IMG/VR virus record: IMGVR_UViG_3300013006_000020
Span: 57,998 to 121,997 of that record
Length of the DNA stretch: 64,000 nt
Strand: one strand, 5' to 3'
Source of the DNA: a virus
Part shown: piece after piece, positions 39,281 to 48,429 of the stretch
How the letters are laid out: the number at the start of each line of letters is the position of its first letter
Position numbering within the stretch: the stretch's first letter is position 1
Position numbers and translations under genes: made by a program
Notes under the pieces: model-generated
Told to the model about the DNA's origin: nothing
Database searches by the model: none
The model's input: the letters and a program-made list of their open reading frames with translations, nothing else

Positions 39281-40196
39281 AAAGTCTCCTGTGCGAAATA
39301 AGAGCCTGATCTTTCATCTTCGTTTCAAGCATTACATCGTAATCAATTGTGTCACTAAGTGCTGGTATCTCATTGATAGCCCAGTTACTGTGCGCTTGAG
39401 GTCGGTTGTCGTCTCTACTCTCTGAGTAATGAACCTTCGGTACTTCGCAAAAACCACCCCATGTTCTAAATGCCATATCTGCAGCTTCAATCAGAGATTC
39501 TTGATTGCAAAACTTGTGATGGTGAATGTCAAGAACTAATTTGACTGTGCAATATTTTGCGATCATCTTAAACAAATCGCTCATGCTCCACATGCTTGCT
39601 TTGTCATCATTCTCTAGTGTAAGCCGACGTTTAATACGGTCATCAAGCTTGCAAAACGATGACAAGAAGCGGCCAGAGGTAGCATGTTTATTTTCGTAAA
39701 CACCACCAACATGGATGTTAATAGCAAACTCATCACCATAACCAAGCAAGTCACCAATTAAACTATGCATTTCAAGGCACTTGATGCTTTTTGCTACAAT
39801 CTCTTGATCTGGTGACGATATGCAAGTATATGGCCCTGGATGACAAGAAAGGCGCATATTGTTTGCCTTTGCAAAATTGCCAGCCTCTTTCATATGCCAG
39901 CGTATCAAAACAGCTTGTTGTGGTCTGAGATCATCAAGAGAATAGCCAATCGTCGGATGATCCATAAATGGAAAAATCCCGCTTCCGATTCGGAAGAACT
40001 TTATATCATTGTCTTTGTTCCACTTGAGAATCTTGATTAAATCAGCGCAGTTTTGAACTGCTAGCTCACCCGCTCGCTCTTTATTAAAATTGGACAGGCG
40101 CAATGTCCTGTCCGTAAAAATCCTGTCTTTCTTTGGTGTGCCTTCGCTGTTTAGCGAAAGATTTTGACACGCATATCCAAAATTTCTAAGCGTCAT
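39219..40196 (-). CDS. uvsE: UV damage endonuclease
   Basis: GYAC, FFR, RLSCHP, NIHVGG, LENDD, DIHHH, HYSE, AHS, MLE.K.K. Confidence 0.92.
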   Translation of the reverse strand: MTLRNFGYACQNLSLNSEGTPKKDRIFTDRTLRLSNFNKERAGELAVQNCADLIKILKWNKDNDIKFFRIGSGIFPFMDHPTIGYSLDDLRPQQAVLIRWHMKEAGNFAKANNMRLSCHPGPYTCISSPDQEIVAKSIKCLEMHSLIGDLLGYGDEFAINIHVGGVYENKHATSGRFLSSFCKLDDRIKRRLTLENDDKASMWSMSDLFKMIAKYCTVKLVLDIHHHKFCNQESLIEAADMAFRTWGGFCEVPKVHYSESRDDNRPQAHSNWAINEIPALSDTIDYDVMLETKMKDQALISHRRLYANTNNGNAQHNRPLQVLDA

Positions 40197-40830
40197 TTAG
40201 TAGCCCTTGATACATTTCAAGATTAATAAAGTCGTTATTCATCACTTGTAGTTTAATTGCACCTTCCCATAAAAGTTGAATTTCTTCATTTGTTTCAGGG
40301 TTGCATTTGCTACCAACTTCATCAAGTTTGTAAGAATAGTCAAGTGCGTTTATTTTAGGATAAGCCAAAATGCCATCGGTATAAATATCAAATATCCATC
40401 TGTGGTGGTGATATCCACGCCAAGCGCCTTCTCGTCTCTTGAGTTCAGCGTATTTAGATGGCATGGCAATAAATCCAGCCTTACAAAAATGTGTCATTGC
40501 CCTGCAAGCAAATCCAGGAGATGCTATATCCTCTAGAATATGAGTGCAAATAGCAAAATCAAATGGTCCATTTATTGCAACATCATCTTTAATCCTTTGC
40601 CAAACATTAGGATGCGATATGTTACCAAAAAAACCAATCTTGTTATGAAGTAGTTTATTTTGTTCTGTCGGCTGAACTAGATCGACGTAGTGTGTCGTAA
40701 AAGGAAAAGCCCAACTGTCTTGAGAATGACTGGCGCCAATATCAATAACACGCGAATATTTTGAGTCTTGTAAATGTCTTAATACAAAATCTCGATCCCA
40801 CATCTTTGTGTAGATTGGCTTATTTATCAT
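40186..40830 (-). CDS. SAM-dependent methyltransferase-like protein
   Basis: VIDIGA, FDFAICTHILEDI. Confidence 0.7.
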   Translation of the reverse strand: MINKPIYTKMWDRDFVLRHLQDSKYSRVIDIGASHSQDSWAFPFTTHYVDLVQPTEQNKLLHNKIGFFGNISHPNVWQRIKDDVAINGPFDFAICTHILEDIASPGFACRAMTHFCKAGFIAMPSKYAELKRREGAWRGYHHHRWIFDIYTDGILAYPKINALDYSYKLDEVGSKCNPETNEEIQLLWEGAIKLQVMNNDFINLEMYQGLLNDA

Positions 40831-41218
40831 AAATGTTTTTTACCTCATACATATCTTTATGGACTGTATGGTTTTTTCTAAAAGACTCAGCCTCTTTTTC
40901 TGTTTCCCATACAGCAATTTCATCTCTAGATTCCATCATCCAGTCTTTAATTGCTTTACACCAAAGCCCCCATTGTTCATGGGATTTCTTCAATTGTGTG
41001 TGATGCGTCAAGTCGAATCTCCTTGTTTTCAGGCATGATGCAAACGTCTAGATCAACAAAGGTAACTTTGTCACTCCACGACATCTTTACTGTGTAATCA
41101 TCACAATTCTCAATGACGACTTGATGACGAAACTCATCATAATATGAATTAGGTTCTTGTTCGTTAGATGAGCATGAACAAATAAGTGTAGTAGCAAGCA
41201 ATAGTATTTTTTTCATAA

Positions 41219-41291
41219 TGCCTCCAGTAGGGATCGAACCTACGACCTATCGGTTAAAAGCCGAATGCTCTACCATCTGAGCTATAGAGGC
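41219..41291 (-). tRNA. tRNA-Lys(UUU)
   Basis: Canonical cloverleaf; anticodon loop CTTTTAA. Confidence 0.95.
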
Positions 41292-41295
41292 GTAA

Positions 41296-41366
41296 TGCGT
41301 AGTCCCAGTGCTGCCCTGGTTTGAGCCGATTATAAGTCGGCCTGCGAAGCTGTCCGCCCACTACGC
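41296..41366 (-). tRNA. Non-canonical tRNA-Ile(UAU)
   Basis: 7-bp acceptor GCGTAGT/ACTACGC + A; anticodon arm GCCGA-CTTATAA-TCGGC; aberrant T-loop; 4 nt from tRNA-Lys. Confidence 0.7.
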
Positions 41367-41811
41367 GAAAGTACTTATTCTAGTCGCTCTCCTCAGGACT
41401 TTCTTCTTTTGTGAGCACGATTTTGCTCTTTTTGTTGTTTACGTGCCCAGTGGCATTAGTAATAAAGTAATTGGACTTTTGTCGATCATCATCGTGACCA
41501 AGACGATAATTGATTTGATCAATGCCCATACTTGTAATTTTTTCTTTATTAAGCATAGAAACAATCGCCAAAGAAAAATCTCTAGCGTCGTTTTCGTTAA
41601 ACGGCATTGGGATGTCGATATGTAATCTGTACATTACTTTTGCTGTGTTACAAAAGATACTGTGATTGGACCAACACGAGATTCAAACATACCATTAGTG
41701 TTTGAGATGTTTAGACCCCAAACAAAAGGCCAAACTTGAATCGTGGAAGCAACCAAATTGTTACCAAAACCAATACCAAAATTAAAGGTTCCCAAATGCT
41801 GCATAAACTTG

Positions 41812-42324
41812 TTAATTGTTTTGATCATTTTCCATTTCCTTAGTTAGTTCGTCAATTTCTTCTTCTGAGGACACAACGTCTTTGACCGCTTGCGCTGTTG
41901 CATTTACCATTTCAGTTTGCTCATCAGCATTAGAAACTCCTGCAACTTCAGCAAGGGTTGCTTTTGTAAAAGCAACTAGTTGTTTAATTTTTCCACCTAT
42001 TGGGGTGTAATTTCCAGTTCCATCTTCATCTTTGTGAAGATCTTTTGGGCAATTAGATTTTGGCATCCACAGCCGTGGGCTATAATCTTTTTCAACCTCA
42101 ACAGTAGGATCGTAAAGCGCTGCAAGATCTCTAGTTCCACAACCGCAAGAGCCACAAAACATTTTACCATCACGTGGTCTTTTTTGAACTTGATCACACC
42201 CTTCGCAAGCTTTTCTTCTCTCTTGGTAAACATCAAGAGATACACAGCCGTTTTTCATTAAACCTGAAAAAGACTGTAGCAGCTGCGTTGCTTTGGTGAT
42301 ACTAAACTTGGTATCTTCTGACAT
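41812..42324 (-). CDS. Cys-rich DUF6171-like protein
   Basis: R...CEGC...CGSCGC...CP. Confidence 0.5.
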   Translation of the reverse strand: MSEDTKFSITKATQLLQSFSGLMKNGCVSLDVYQERRKACEGCDQVQKRPRDGKMFCGSCGCGTRDLAALYDPTVEVEKDYSPRLWMPKSNCPKDLHKDEDGTGNYTPIGGKIKQLVAFTKATLAEVAGVSNADEQTEMVNATAQAVKDVVSSEEEIDELTKEMENDQNN

Positions 42325-42335
42325 GGCTAGTTATT

Positions 42336-43346
42336 TTAGCAACTAGAGCACGGTTTTAACAATGACCAAAGAAAGAATTTATTTGCTTCATAAACATTAA
42401 GCCCTGTATATTCTCCTGCTGGACCAGTAAAACAATTAATTGTTGTTGGGAACGTGGTATTGGAAACTCCGCATGGTACTAGAGATGGAACGATAGTAGC
42501 CCCTTCAAGGCTTCTCTGCCAAGCAAACATATTTCTATCTCCAAGATACATGATATAGCCCTTTTCGATTTTTTCGTAAGCAAAGGGTCTTAGTGTTGAT
42601 GTTGTTGCTGGGCAGCAAAGCGAAGGATTAGGAGGTGGACCAATACATCCGCTATTAAGATTTGTAAATGACGCAGAAATATCATTTGTCAGCGAAATAC
42701 CACCAGATGAGTGACCAACACCAAATGCAGAAATCCAGTGTTGAGTTGCTTCTTCAGATGACTTAAATATTTCACCATCTGGATCATTAGACGGTACTAG
42801 AACCCTTCCTGTCCAGTACCTGTTAATCTGTGTTCCAGCGCAAGAACAACCAAGATTTGCTTGTGTGCATGTAGTGATATTAGCTGTAGCCACATCTGGA
42901 AGTATAGTTAGTCCAGATGATACACCATTTCTACAAGCAGTCAATGTTGTATTCATGGTATTCAGATTTGCTTCTGTAGTTCCAGCGGCGGTACCAGAAG
43001 CGGTTCTGCTTACAGTATCTCCAATTGCTACAATCTTCCCTCCATTTCTAACATATTCATAAAGCTTTGCATTTACCGCTGATGCACTTCCAGTACCAAG
43101 CCAATTATCATAACTTGGATACAAGGAAGGCGTCTGGAGTGATGCACCTGTAAGCTGTACAAGACCAAAATATACTACAGAACAAGTGTTTAAGGTTTCA
43201 ATGCTATCAACGCGAATAACATTGGCTTTGCCATCGTACATTTTTTCAAAGTCAGTTTTGCACGGCGAAGCTACTGTGCCTGCAAATATTGTTGCATCTG
43301 TAAGAATTCCAATGTTGTTGCAGCAGCAAACCCTATGATTGCTCAT
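42336..43346 (-). CDS. Cys-rich putative virion/tail protein with N-terminal CCC
   Basis: Start refined to ATG 43346 (MSNHRVCCCNN) directly after GTGTATATAC motif at 43351..43360. Confidence 0.55.
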   Translation of the reverse strand: MSNHRVCCCNNIGILTDATIFAGTVASPCKTDFEKMYDGKANVIRVDSIETLNTCSVVYFGLVQLTGASLQTPSLYPSYDNWLGTGSASAVNAKLYEYVRNGGKIVAIGDTVSRTASGTAAGTTEANLNTMNTTLTACRNGVSSGLTILPDVATANITTCTQANLGCSCAGTQINRYWTGRVLVPSNDPDGEIFKSSEEATQHWISAFGVGHSSGGISLTNDISASFTNLNSGCIGPPPNPSLCCPATTSTLRPFAYEKIEKGYIMYLGDRNMFAWQRSLEGATIVPSLVPCGVSNTTFPTTINCFTGPAGEYTGLNVYEANKFFLWSLLKPCSSC

Positions 43347-43419
43347 TTCAGTATATACACCTACATATTGTGGGTGTGAACAACTTGAAATTAAACAACC
43401 AAGACTAATAATGATTGGC

Positions 43420-43824
43420 TTAATCATCAATTCCACTCGCGTAAAGACCTGATGTGGTAAAATAAACAGACTCAGCGTAATGGACAGCCCTGTGTGGATT
43501 GTCCTTAATATGGAAAAATGCCATCTTATATGGGTCGTATGTAATCTTTACTGCGTGTGGCGGAAGCTCGTAATCATCAGGCATTGTCTTGAAAATTCCG
43601 CGAACACCAGCGTGAACATTCTTTTGGTTGGTTTGCAGAACCCTTGCCCTACCAGCCTGTGAAACTTTTAGGTTTGCGTTTTTGATAATAAACCCATGCG
43701 GATAGTGCGTAAGAACACGCTTATGCTTCTCTCCGCGAATTGAAAAGCAGTTTTTATGAAGGTTTCGATACACAAAAACAAGAACATTATCAATGGGCAA
43801 AGTCAGTGTCATGATCAACTCCAA
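43420..43824 (-). CDS. Conserved phage hypothetical protein
   Basis: VYRNLH...GR.RVL...KNVHA...YDPY motif. Confidence 0.6.
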   Translation of the reverse strand: MELIMTLTLPIDNVLVFVYRNLHKNCFSIRGEKHKRVLTHYPHGFIIKNANLKVSQAGRARVLQTNQKNVHAGVRGIFKTMPDDYELPPHAVKITYDPYKMAFFHIKDNPHRAVHYAESVYFTTSGLYASGIDD

Positions 43825-44015
43825 GCTCGATTGTTAGAACCAGGTGCGCAACTTGACTCATTTCAACAGGTGTGTCGCCGTAGTGCTTCATCACCCAATC
43901 AAAAATATCTTTTACCGATGAAAAATAATGATTTTCTCCACCAATAAAAGGGTCACCAACCATAAGAACGTATTTACCATCTCCATCATAATCAATTTGA
44001 AGCGATTTTTCTGCA

Positions 44016-44477
44016 TTAAGCATATTCGTACCATCCGTTGTCTGTGCTGTAAATAACCCGTCTAATTTCTGGACACGCCAAGATTAACTGTTGGCATGAT
44101 TTGCATGGCTTTGAGTTTCTAAGAATAGGAACCCTTTCAGATAGTGATGATGAGCTAAGTCTAATATTTACTAGAGTTGCATTATAAAATTCGTTTGACT
44201 TCTTTGCTTTCAAAATAGCTGAAAGCTCTGAGTGCATTGTTCCAAATCTACAATTAAACTTAAGAGCCAGTGGGTGCGTTTGCATACTTCTATTAACGCC
44301 AAGGGCAATAATTTTACTTCGTCGCAAAACAAAAGAAACATGCTTAGAGTCAGAGTCAATATCTTCAATAAGAGACATTGAAATATCAGCGCATTTTGTC
44401 AGCCTTGAAATCATAGCAGGATCAAGGAGAAGAGATCCTTTTGACTGTTTGTCACGATTGTGACCATCAGAAGTCAA
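44016..44477 (-). CDS. Cytidine/dCMP deaminase-fold protein
   Basis: HSE (HAE-like) and SKPCKSC zinc motifs; start uncertain. Confidence 0.75.
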   Translation of the reverse strand: MTSDGHNRDKQSKGSLLLDPAMISRLTKCADISMSLIEDIDSDSKHVSFVLRRSKIIALGVNRSMQTHPLALKFNCRFGTMHSELSAILKAKKSNEFYNATLVNIRLSSSSLSERVPILRNSKPCKSCQQLILACPEIRRVIYSTDNGWYEYA

Positions 44478-44957
44478 TTCACTTTGCGTCTGACGGATCG
44501 TGCTCGTCGTTGTTATCTGGATCATCGTTAATAAACTCGTAATCGCTTTCTGTTTCGCCAACGCTCTTAAGTCTGTAATTTTCCCATACTGGTGCAGAAG
44601 AACAATTCCATTCGCATAAAAGCTGACGCATTACATTGATCTTAGTCTCCATTTCAAATAGCAATTTAATAACCTCATTTGTGTTTGCAAAATTAATGTT
44701 GAACTTTTTAAGATCAATTGTGTTTTCTTCACTCATGAATTATCCTTTTACAAATTGCAATCCAACGATTACATTGTTTTCAATTACCGCTGCAGCAAGC
44801 CACGTTTTATTTCCAATTTTTATACGCTTTTCACTAATGTAATCTGCAACATTGGCTGTAATCCATGTTCCGTCTGGCAGATTAAATCTAGAATCTTTAG
44901 AGATATTGGTCTTGTACCATATCCCATCCATTGACATCAGGTGTCTTAGATAACTCA

Positions 44958-45566
44958 TTATAGAACCGCTCCCCACTGTTCAGCCATCGCCTTAGCGATT
45001 CCTGGAAATGTTTTTGATCTCATCTTTGCTCTTTCAAAAGGGGAAAGCTTGAATGCATCAGCATACCACTTTGGCATTGTCTTTCCACTTTTGTATTTCA
45101 CAACCTCCCCTGCTGAAACAATATTAGTTGGCTTCAAGAGCGGAAGATTCTTAAGCCATAGACAAGTCTTCTTGCTAAACGAGTCGCCAAATTGATATGG
45201 CTGAATGATTTGATCTGGCTTTCGCCAAACACTAGACATCACACCAACTGGATTCTCAATGGCAATCTTGTCACACTTTGCTGTGGCAAAAACCATAAAG
45301 AAATCAATACCTTGCTGTTGTCGCCCATCCTTTCTTTTCTGCTCAAACCATGCAGCACCAGAAACAGCTAGATGCGTACACGGAGGAAAGGCAATAATCA
45401 TATCCCAATCCTGATCAAGAAGTGGCAGAACATCTTGCTGCAAATGCCATTCTGGATTTGATCCGCTGCAAGGCGCAATATCACAGGAGAAGGCTTCATG
45501 ACCAAGAAGCCTAAATTCCTTTGTTACCGCCTGACTCTCTTCACAAGCCAAAAGAATTTTTGCCAT
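44958..45566 (-). CDS. DNA cytosine-C5 methyltransferase-like protein
   Basis: LACEES, CDI, FPPCT (catalytic PC), IENP. Confidence 0.7.
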   Translation of the reverse strand: MAKILLACEESQAVTKEFRLLGHEAFSCDIAPCSGSNPEWHLQQDVLPLLDQDWDMIIAFPPCTHLAVSGAAWFEQKRKDGRQQQGIDFFMVFATAKCDKIAIENPVGVMSSVWRKPDQIIQPYQFGDSFSKKTCLWLKNLPLLKPTNIVSAGEVVKYKSGKTMPKWYADAFKLSPFERAKMRSKTFPGIAKAMAEQWGAVL

Positions 45567-45917
45567 TATAAACCCCTTCTGTTATTAAATTCCTATTGAA
45601 GGATCTAGAGATATCATCATGTAATATCCTAGCGCAAGATAACTAAACACAAATATAGATATCATAAATACGACCCATATAATGTCTAGTATTTCTAGTA
45701 GTTCACTTTTATTTATTTTGTACTTTACCATCCGATGAAAGGCTCTTTTTTCTGAAGCTCAACAAAGTATTCTTTTTCTGGAAACGTTTTTGATGCTGAT
45801 GATATTGCCTTCTTCAAACCACAATCATCTAAAACCATCTCGCAATACACAGCTTCTTTTCTTTCGCTGATTTTGCGATATACGACAAACCAGGCAGGAT
45901 ACTTTCTTTTTTTCATA

Positions 45918-45950
45918 AAAATCTGGCCAGGGTTTTACCCCCAACCAGAC
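45918..45950 (-). terminator. Intrinsic terminator
   Basis: TCTGGTTGGGG...CCCTGGCCAGA plus TTTTT on the minus strand. Confidence 0.55.
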
Positions 45951-46459
45951 CAATTATAGTTTTTATCCAAGACTTCTTGAATACGATGCTTTTTCAATTG
46001 GGCAAACGCGTTCTTCAATCAACGACTTAAGTTTCTTTGCCTCGTCTTTTGTCCCATTAAACAAAACCCAAAACTCGTCGTGTCCTGGAACAACACCTAG
46101 ATTAAATTCTGGAAGCTCTCTTGTTACTGTTACACAAAAACCATCCATATCAACCGCATTAATTCTAAACTTATGGTAAGACATTAGTCTTCCTTAATTT
46201 CAAAAACAATGTAAGAATTTTCAGGGAGAGCACTGAGATCACACTCATCGTCAAGAATGCGTTGCTTTAGGCGGGTCGAATCCTTCTTTCTAAAAAGTTC
46301 GACATTACAAAAGTGGTTTTCGTCTTCACGATATGCATAAAATGAATTGTCAATACGCTGAATAACTAGAAAGCTCTTCATACTGTTTCCGTTCTTATGA
46401 GGAGTTTGGGGGATCTAGATACGGTCTAGACCCCCCATTGACTCCAGTTGCTATTTAAA

Positions 46460-47455
46460 TCAGACGAGGGCAAGAGCAGAATTAAATGCCTCGCGCTTCT
46501 TGACCGCACCAGAAGACATCAGAACGCTGTACATCCTGTTGTTGGCGCGATCTGAATCATCAGTGCCCTTGGTGCTGCGCTGGTGATCCACAAAGCGAGT
46601 AACGGCATTAAAAGCAGCCCAGGCAGTACCTTCGATCTGAGCAAACTCAGTCTCAACCCAATTATTGTAAATCTGTTCACGCATATTTTCAGTGCGAGTA
46701 TTGTTCTTGGCATTCTCATTATCAGGGAACAGTGACTCAATGTAAGACTTGAGTTCTGTCTTGTTGATATTACGCTTTGCTAGTGCGTTCATCTGTTCGC
46801 CGTATTCCTCAATTTGATTATTGACAATACCAAGACGCTCACGGGCAAGATCAACCTTCATTGACATATTCTTGGTGTGGCGCATCTTAATACCGCGCTC
46901 AATTGAGAAACCATTGATTGCGAGACTAAAGGTGTTATTGCAAACCACACGAACAAGCGTTGGCATCATAGTGACACTCATGCTTCCATCGTGAGAAGTA
47001 GCAAGCATCACATAAGAGTTGGTAACATCATCAGTCTTGCCAACACGGAGTTCAGCAGGAAGCTTGGCAAGAATCCAAACAATCTTTCCACCGTGGATTG
47101 CTCCTGCGGTTTCATAGATTGCAAGCTTCTCGCCAACAACACCATCAAAGAACTCGAACGCTTCACTGTTCTGGAAAATCTTATAGTTCTTTCCGACAAC
47201 ACCAAGCACTGCATTGGTATCACCACGAACAACTGCAAAATTTTCAGGAACATCAATCTTGTTACCATCTCCATCAATCGTCCAAAGCGGAGTCTTAAAG
47301 AGTGAGTAATCAAGACCAGCATACTTGATTGCGTCTGCAGATGTTGCAGCATCTTCTTGAATCACAGTCCCAAGACCGTGCCACGGAACCATTCCGCGAG
47401 AAGAGAACATAGCAGCCTTACCAGTCGTCATGTCCAGCTTATGGCATTCGTTCAT
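46460..47455 (-). CDS. DUF932-family phage/plasmid protein
   Basis: PWHGLG, YETAG, SHDGS, RVVCNNT, RHT, GTAW.AFNAVT. Confidence 0.85.
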   Translation of the reverse strand: MNECHKLDMTTGKAAMFSSRGMVPWHGLGTVIQEDAATSADAIKYAGLDYSLFKTPLWTIDGDGNKIDVPENFAVVRGDTNAVLGVVGKNYKIFQNSEAFEFFDGVVGEKLAIYETAGAIHGGKIVWILAKLPAELRVGKTDDVTNSYVMLATSHDGSMSVTMMPTLVRVVCNNTFSLAINGFSIERGIKMRHTKNMSMKVDLARERLGIVNNQIEEYGEQMNALAKRNINKTELKSYIESLFPDNENAKNNTRTENMREQIYNNWVETEFAQIEGTAWAAFNAVTRFVDHQRSTKGTDDSDRANNRMYSVLMSSGAVKKREAFNSALALV

Positions 47456-47561
47456 TTCAGTGTCCTTGATGTTAAGGGGGAGGCGAAATAGCAACGCGCT
47501 ACTCATCCTCCCCCATACCAAAGTATTCTAGCAATTATTTTGTTGTTTGTCTGTCGTGTTT

Positions 47562-48410
47562 TCAGTAATTGTAGTAGTGATAGTCGTTATCAGATGGCTT
47601 GGGTGGATTATTGCAGCAGTCACTGCCACAGCAATCATCCTCATCATCACTCTCATCTTCCCATGAGAAGTCCGATCCATCTACAGAATAACAAGCATTG
47701 TTAAGCTGCTCCTTGAACTCAGAAAGAACAAGGTATTCGCAGCAACGCAACTTACGACTATCTTCGGACGGAACAGATACAACATCTCGCGGATTGATCT
47801 TGACAATCAAGAACTTAGAATCACCTTGTCCATATCCACGAACATAATCAAGGCTACCAGCATGCAAGCCAGCAGAGCATCCACGGGTGCAGTCATCGTC
47901 AACATTTGGACGCGACATTGAAACACGAGTCCCAATGCCGTTGTAAAACTTACCGCTGAAGATATCGTAGTAGTCACTACGAACAGCCTTGTAAGCCAGG
48001 AAGTGACCGTCTTCAGTAATCGGAAGACCCTCGTGTTCAAGGAACTCGTAAAGCTCATTACGAGAACGATAAGATGGGTTTGCCATCATGTTCTCAATGA
48101 ATCGAATGAGCGGCTCAAACGGGAGATCCTCACGCATGAATTGGAATACACGATCAACAATCAGACCGTGCATTGGCTCATCCTTGTAGTAGAGGGTTCC
48201 GTTGGCAACGCGAACACCATTGCTAGAGACGTAAGTACGAACAGCTTCTTCGACATTGATGAGCTTATGAAGCGAGGGCCAGTCACGAGAGCGAATTGCT
48301 TCGCGGCACTTCTGGAAATTAGGATGATCGGAATTGATCACCTTCGGTGCTTCGCCGGAGAAGACAACGGTCATGCTGAGATCGGTGCAGATGATAGATG
48401 GAGTGTTCAT
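47562..48410 (-). CDS. rIIB: RIIB-like protein
   Basis: NPS...ELY.FL, DG.FLAYK, CSAGLH, P.DVVSVP, K.RCC.Y; adjacent to rIIA. Confidence 0.8.
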   Translation of the reverse strand: MNTPSIICTDLSMTVVFSGEAPKVINSDHPNFQKCREAIRSRDWPSLHKLINVEEAVRTYVSSNGVRVANGTLYYKDEPMHGLIVDRVFQFMREDLPFEPLIRFIENMMANPSYRSRNELYEFLEHEGLPITEDGHFLAYKAVRSDYYDIFSGKFYNGIGTRVSMSRPNVDDDCTRGCSAGLHAGSLDYVRGYGQGDSKFLIVKINPRDVVSVPSEDSRKLRCCEYLVLSEFKEQLNNACYSVDGSDFSWEDESDDEDDCCGSDCCNNPPKPSDNDYHYYNY

Positions 48411-48429
48411 TGTAGTGGTTCCTTTGGGT

